DNA of 64,000 nucleotides from Zancudomyces culisetae HAW-14-8 (Eukaryota; Fungi; Kickxellomycota): NCBI GenBank assembly GCA_052426225.1, contig JBNJNM010000020.1, positions 1 to 64,000 of the forward strand, read 5' to 3'. Shown piece by piece: positions 59,866 to 64,000 of this stretch (position 1 is its first letter; each line of letters starts with the position of its first letter). The notes under the pieces were generated by a model. It saw only the letters and a program-made list of their open reading frames with translations, ran no database searches and was not told where the DNA came from. The position numbers and the translations under genes were made by a program.

Positions 59866-61266
59866 ATGCTCAAACTGCACAATCTTAAACGCCTCCAGGG
59901 CACTAGCATATGTTTAAAATCGCAGCTTGTGCAAGCTACAGAATTTAGACTTGGATCTACAAAGCACTTTTCTACATCAATCAGTTCAAGGATAAGTTCA
60001 ACAAAAGCTGTAGTAATAGAAGTAGATGAAATACAGAAAAGTGACGGAGCTCGGGGCGAAAAAAGGCCTCTGAGCGAAAAAGTAAAAGTACTAAACATAA
60101 AACTGGACAGTTCGGGCAAAAATAAAGTGTTGATAAAGATGTTGGCAGCACCTATAAATCCCTCTGATATAAATCAAGTCGAAGGAGTGTACCCTATTAA
60201 GAAAAAACCACAGGAATACGTAGATGCCGATAGTGGCGAAAAGCTTATGGGCTATATAGGGGGAAACGAGGGCGTTGCGCAGGTGGTAAAAATCGATTCG
60301 GCAATAAAGGATGAAATAAAAGTAGGTGACTGGGTGGCACCAAGGTATCCTGGGTCCTTGGGGACATGGTCCGAATATGCGTACGCGGACGTTGAAGATC
60401 TTGTTAGAATCAGGCCCGCAGAAACGAATGAAATCGACAATAAAAGCGAATCCAGCACCATTGCTAGTGCTAAAACAGCCAAAATGATTACTCCTGAGGA
60501 CCTATCGACAGTCAAAGTAAACGGTTCAACAGCGTATAGAATGCTAAGTGATTTTATGCAAGCAAAAAAGGATGGGAAGCAGGAAGACCAGTACGTAATA
60601 CAAAATGGGGCCAACGGATCAGCGGGTCAGTATGTAATACAAATAGCTAAAGAACTTGGTCTCAAAACCATCAATGTGGTAAGGGATCGGGAAAACTTTG
60701 AGGAAACGAAGGCGCAGTTGTGTAAACTGGGGGCGGATATTGTGATTAAGGATTCTGAGCTGGTGGCAGGCAACAAATCGCCATCTGATACATATTTGCA
60801 AGTGTTGGCATTGTCAAAGAAAGGTTTGATCAAGCTGGGAATCAACTGTGTTGGAGGTGGAATAAAAAACAAAACCGGCTCAATCGAAATGGCCAAAATG
60901 CTGGCGAACAAATCCTACTATGTGACCTACGGTGCCATGTCAAAGCTACCACTGGTTATTCCAGCGTCATTCCTGATTTTTAAGGACATCAGGTTTGTGG
61001 GATTCTGGGTTTCTCAGTGGTATGTTGAGCAACCTGTGCCAAAATGGCAGGAGATGTGGCAAGATTTGGGCCGTATGATTGCCGAAAATAAATTGAAACC
61101 CCAGCCCATGAATTCAATCGCTTGGCCAACTGTTTCCACAACCGCCAACACCAGTAGCAGCCCACAAACTGAGAACACTAAACAATCCATTATGGGTATT
61201 CTATTCCCAACTTCAGTTGATGGCACTAAAAAGACGACTGCCAAGAACTATTTCAAGTTTTATTAA
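59866..61266 (+). CDS. ETR1: Mitochondrial trans-2-enoyl-ACP/CoA reductase (MECR/Etr1)
   Basis: Basic targeting peptide, LAAPINPSDINQVEGVYP, GGNEGV, TAYRML, IQNGANG, VTYGAMSK, LIFKDIRFVGFW. Confidence 0.93.
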   Translation: MLKLHNLKRLQGTSICLKSQLVQATEFRLGSTKHFSTSISSRISSTKAVVIEVDEIQKSDGARGEKRPLSEKVKVLNIKLDSSGKNKVLIKMLAAPINPSDINQVEGVYPIKKKPQEYVDADSGEKLMGYIGGNEGVAQVVKIDSAIKDEIKVGDWVAPRYPGSLGTWSEYAYADVEDLVRIRPAETNEIDNKSESSTIASAKTAKMITPEDLSTVKVNGSTAYRMLSDFMQAKKDGKQEDQYVIQNGANGSAGQYVIQIAKELGLKTINVVRDRENFEETKAQLCKLGADIVIKDSELVAGNKSPSDTYLQVLALSKKGLIKLGINCVGGGIKNKTGSIEMAKMLANKSYYVTYGAMSKLPLVIPASFLIFKDIRFVGFWVSQWYVEQPVPKWQEMWQDLGRMIAENKLKPQPMNSIAWPTVSTTANTSSSPQTENTKQSIMGILFPTSVDGTKKTTAKNYFKFY

Positions 61267-61289
61267 CAGTAAAAACGTAATAGAAATGG

Positions 61290-64000
61290 TTATAAAACAC
61301 ACCTATCTCTTAACCAACTCATAGTTGCCTCTGTTCCTTTTTCTAAAATCTGTCTTTTAGGTACTCTGAATCTATTTCCTTCAAGTTGCAGGTGTTTTAT
61401 ACTAGCCACAAATCCTAGTTCTGGCGGAATTGCACGGATCTCATTATCAGACAAGTCCACATTCACTAATCCCTCCAACACGCAAAAGTTATTTATATCT
61501 TCAATCATGTTCTTCTTCAATCGCAATGTTTCTAGTAGCCTAGTATTTAGTATTGTTTCTCTCAGTGTACATTTTGCGTCATCTTTGTCTTGGCTGTTTT
61601 CACGTGTTCGAATATCTGTTAATCTGTTGTTGCTCAAATCCAACTCTCTTAACTCTGGAAATACTTGTCCCAGTTTTAACACTCTTTCTTTGTTACCATA
61701 ATGGTTCAAACCTCCAAAGTGTGATATCTTATTGTTTGATAGATTTAACACCTTTGTTTTTGCTAGCTTTTGACCAACTAGACTCGTGTTTTCATTTCTC
61801 AAAACTTCATAAAGTTCGTCAACGTTCAACAGCTGATTGTTACTTAAATCTATTTCTTCCAGTTCACCTGTGTTCATGATACATATTAATTCAACCACCT
61901 CCAGGGGTATTTTTTCTAATCGATTGTTCTTCAAAACCAATTTTCTAACATCAACTCCAATATTCTGATTCTTTACCGCATCCAATAAAGTCTTGATACT
62001 GATATCTGAACCATTGGCTTCATCAAGCTTCAAAACATCCAGCTTTTCTGACAGATCCATGGTCTTTCCTCCAACACTTTCAACCAAAGCCTTTAGCTTT
62101 TTATCACACTTGTCTTCCATTGTTTCTTGAACCATTTCGTGCACACCTCCCCCACCACCTATCCTCTGTTCGTTTTTATCAATATCCATCCACTCAACAT
62201 CGATATCACTTCTTCTTTCATCGCCCGCCCCCGACATCCCCTCAAACCTTTTAAAGTGCGCCTCTAGATGGCTTCGTGTCGTTCCCTGTGGCCTAGCTGA
62301 AAGTGGGTTACCCTCAAAGTCAACTCCAATCAAATCGTCACACTGTTTTATCAACTCTCTCGGCAAGCGCTTTATACGATTGTTGGATATGTCAATCCTT
62401 CTCAACTTTAACTTTCCGTCACCATGCCGACTAAATATACCCGAAATATCCTCAATTCCATTCTCCGCGATAGAGAGTATGGTCAATCTTGGCATCTGCA
62501 ACGGATTGATCACACATGGCATTTTTGTCATATTGTTTTTAGAAAGCATTAATGTCGATAGATTTGGAAATCGGATTTTATCTTGGTTCGCCTCATCTTT
62601 AAAAAGGCTTCTCAGTTCATTTCCACTAGCATCTAGGTACACAATATTATCCAGTCCAATTTCGCCATCAACAGAATCCCCAAATTCAAATAAATACTCA
62701 AGTTTATTGTTTGATAAACCTAGTTCTTCCACGCCTCTTAGCCAACCTACACCCCTTGGCATCTCAGTGATGGTGTTGTTGCTCAGCTCAACCTTCTTTA
62801 ATACCTGCATACCTTCCAGTTGGCTCTTGACCTTCTCAATCTTGTTGTTCGAAAGATCTAGTATCTTCAAACTTTTCTTTAAGCCGCCCATATCACTAGG
62901 TAGAATGGATATCTCATTTTTTTGCAAATATACCTCCTCTATACCTTCCAGTTCTGTGAGTACACTTGGAAACTCAGTAAATTTGTTTCCTGCAAGAGAT
63001 ACAACAGTTAAGTAATTAAACTCGCCAAAACTCGTGGGTAGCTGTTTAATTAAGTTGTAACTGAGATCAAGATGCTCCAGAGAGTTGAATACATTTATTT
63101 TCTCCTCGACCATCTCAATCTCATTCCCTGAAAAGTTCATGTACGTCATTGCCTCATTTTCCCACCATTTTTCGGTGGAATCTGTGCCCAAATCCATATC
63201 TATAGCGCTCCTCTGTGCTTCATACATGTCATACACTGCCTTGGGAATTTCTTTCAAGCCTCTATTGCTTAAATTTAGCCTTCCTTCTTTCCGTGCTCTC
63301 TGTATCATCTGCTGGAATATTTCGCTTTCGTCCATCTTTCTCTGCTTTACTCTCCATGGCTTAACCACCTCGGTTTTCCCCTTATCAGTAGTAGATGTGT
63401 GCAAGCTTGCTGCTCCTGCCCTAAAATTATTTTTACTTTGCACTGATCTCGTCGCCGTGTCACTAACGTTTTTATTTAAAGCGTTTATTGTGTTATTTCT
63501 TGTGTACCTCCGTTCCACAGCAAGGCCCTGTTGAGACGAAACTTTGTTTGTATTCAAAACAGGATTCTTTTTAAACTCTGGAGAAATCTTCGAGAGTGAG
63601 AGATTTGTGTCTTTAGATACCAGATCTCTACCTACCGTGGTACCTTGTGCATTTACCTGTTGAAAACCAACTCTGGTAACGTTTGCCCTAGTAGAAAAAA
63701 CCGAGCGATCCACCTTTCCAGTGTCTGTACGCATCGATGAAGTAAATGTATTCGTTACAGCCGTTTTTCGAACGCTGGGTTGAAATGTTTTTCTTTCTGT
63801 CCCGCTTGCACCTTTGGCTTTAAGATCGTCGGATGGTTTGGTATATGAAGCATCACCGTCACGTCGAATGGTAGGGATTTTTTTGATTGATGCTATGTTT
63901 GTTGTTGGTATTCCTGTCTTTTTAGTCTGATTATCGCCTCCATCACTTTTCTCTGGGATTTTGGGGCCAACTCCAATCAACGAGAGCTTTTGAGGCGGGA
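61290..64000 (-). CDS. Leucine-rich repeat protein, LRRC40-like (5' end outside window)
   Basis: Many LxxLxLSxNxL repeats, KWWE motif, C-terminal IPPELG...LEGNRFRVPKRQILEKGTEATMSWLRDR. The frame is open to the window edge. Confidence 0.82.
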   Translation of the reverse strand, partial: PPQKLSLIGVGPKIPEKSDGGDNQTKKTGIPTTNIASIKKIPTIRRDGDASYTKPSDDLKAKGASGTERKTFQPSVRKTAVTNTFTSSMRTDTGKVDRSVFSTRANVTRVGFQQVNAQGTTVGRDLVSKDTNLSLSKISPEFKKNPVLNTNKVSSQQGLAVERRYTRNNTINALNKNVSDTATRSVQSKNNFRAGAASLHTSTTDKGKTEVVKPWRVKQRKMDESEIFQQMIQRARKEGRLNLSNRGLKEIPKAVYDMYEAQRSAIDMDLGTDSTEKWWENEAMTYMNFSGNEIEMVEEKINVFNSLEHLDLSYNLIKQLPTSFGEFNYLTVVSLAGNKFTEFPSVLTELEGIEEVYLQKNEISILPSDMGGLKKSLKILDLSNNKIEKVKSQLEGMQVLKKVELSNNTITEMPRGVGWLRGVEELGLSNNKLEYLFEFGDSVDGEIGLDNIVYLDASGNELRSLFKDEANQDKIRFPNLSTLMLSKNNMTKMPCVINPLQMPRLTILSIAENGIEDISGIFSRHGDGKLKLRRIDISNNRIKRLPRELIKQCDDLIGVDFEGNPLSARPQGTTRSHLEAHFKRFEGMSGAGDERRSDIDVEWMDIDKNEQRIGGGGGVHEMVQETMEDKCDKKLKALVESVGGKTMDLSEKLDVLKLDEANGSDISIKTLLDAVKNQNIGVDVRKLVLKNNRLEKIPLEVVELICIMNTGELEEIDLSNNQLLNVDELYEVLRNENTSLVGQKLAKTKVLNLSNNKISHFGGLNHYGNKERVLKLGQVFPELRELDLSNNRLTDIRTRENSQDKDDAKCTLRETILNTRLLETLRLKKNMIEDINNFCVLEGLVNVDLSDNEIRAIPPELGFVASIKHLQLEGNRFRVPKRQILEKGTEATMSWLRDRCVL

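Noticed and set aside
1-64000. CRISPR arrays, rRNA genes, autonomous transposases or retroelement ORFs
   Set aside because: No repeat-spacer array, rRNA-like sequence or RT/integrase/DDE motifs seen. Antisense ORFs overlapping the called genes are treated as shadows.

Overview
AT-rich eukaryotic nuclear DNA with short spliceosomal introns. The gene sequences look fungal, and I infer an early-diverging lineage (possibly a Harpellales/Kickxellomycotina insect-gut fungus; not verifiable here). The window has three blocks. (1) 2-21 kb: housekeeping genes RPS9, SLU7, mitochondrial bL21, Trs65/TRAPPC14-like, ATP1, TLG2 and UTP21, nearly all broken by single-base indels that are most likely consensus errors. 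This block also has oscillating purine/pyrimidine strand skew and coding microsatellites. (2) 21.3-47.4 kb: an accessory block of apparently intronless, lineage-specific genes, namely three F-box-like/ankyrin paralogs, two to three small TM/coiled-coil orphans, decayed gene remnants and a catalytically dead trypsin-like surface protein. (3) 48-64 kb: intact housekeeping genes ELF1 (with a GC-AG intron), ZWF1/G6PD, VMA6, NOP8-like, a WD40 protein, ETR1/MECR and LRRC40-like (truncated by the window edge). The most striking item is a 1.59-kb element at 10618-12209. It is bounded by ~170-180 bp terminal inverted repeats (TGT...ACA), has no transposase, and carries one intact gene for a secreted Cys/Trp-rich protein with an aerolysin/ETX-MTX2-like amphipathic beta-hairpin pattern, making it a candidate mobile effector/toxin cassette. 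No rRNA, tRNA or CRISPR array could be supported.
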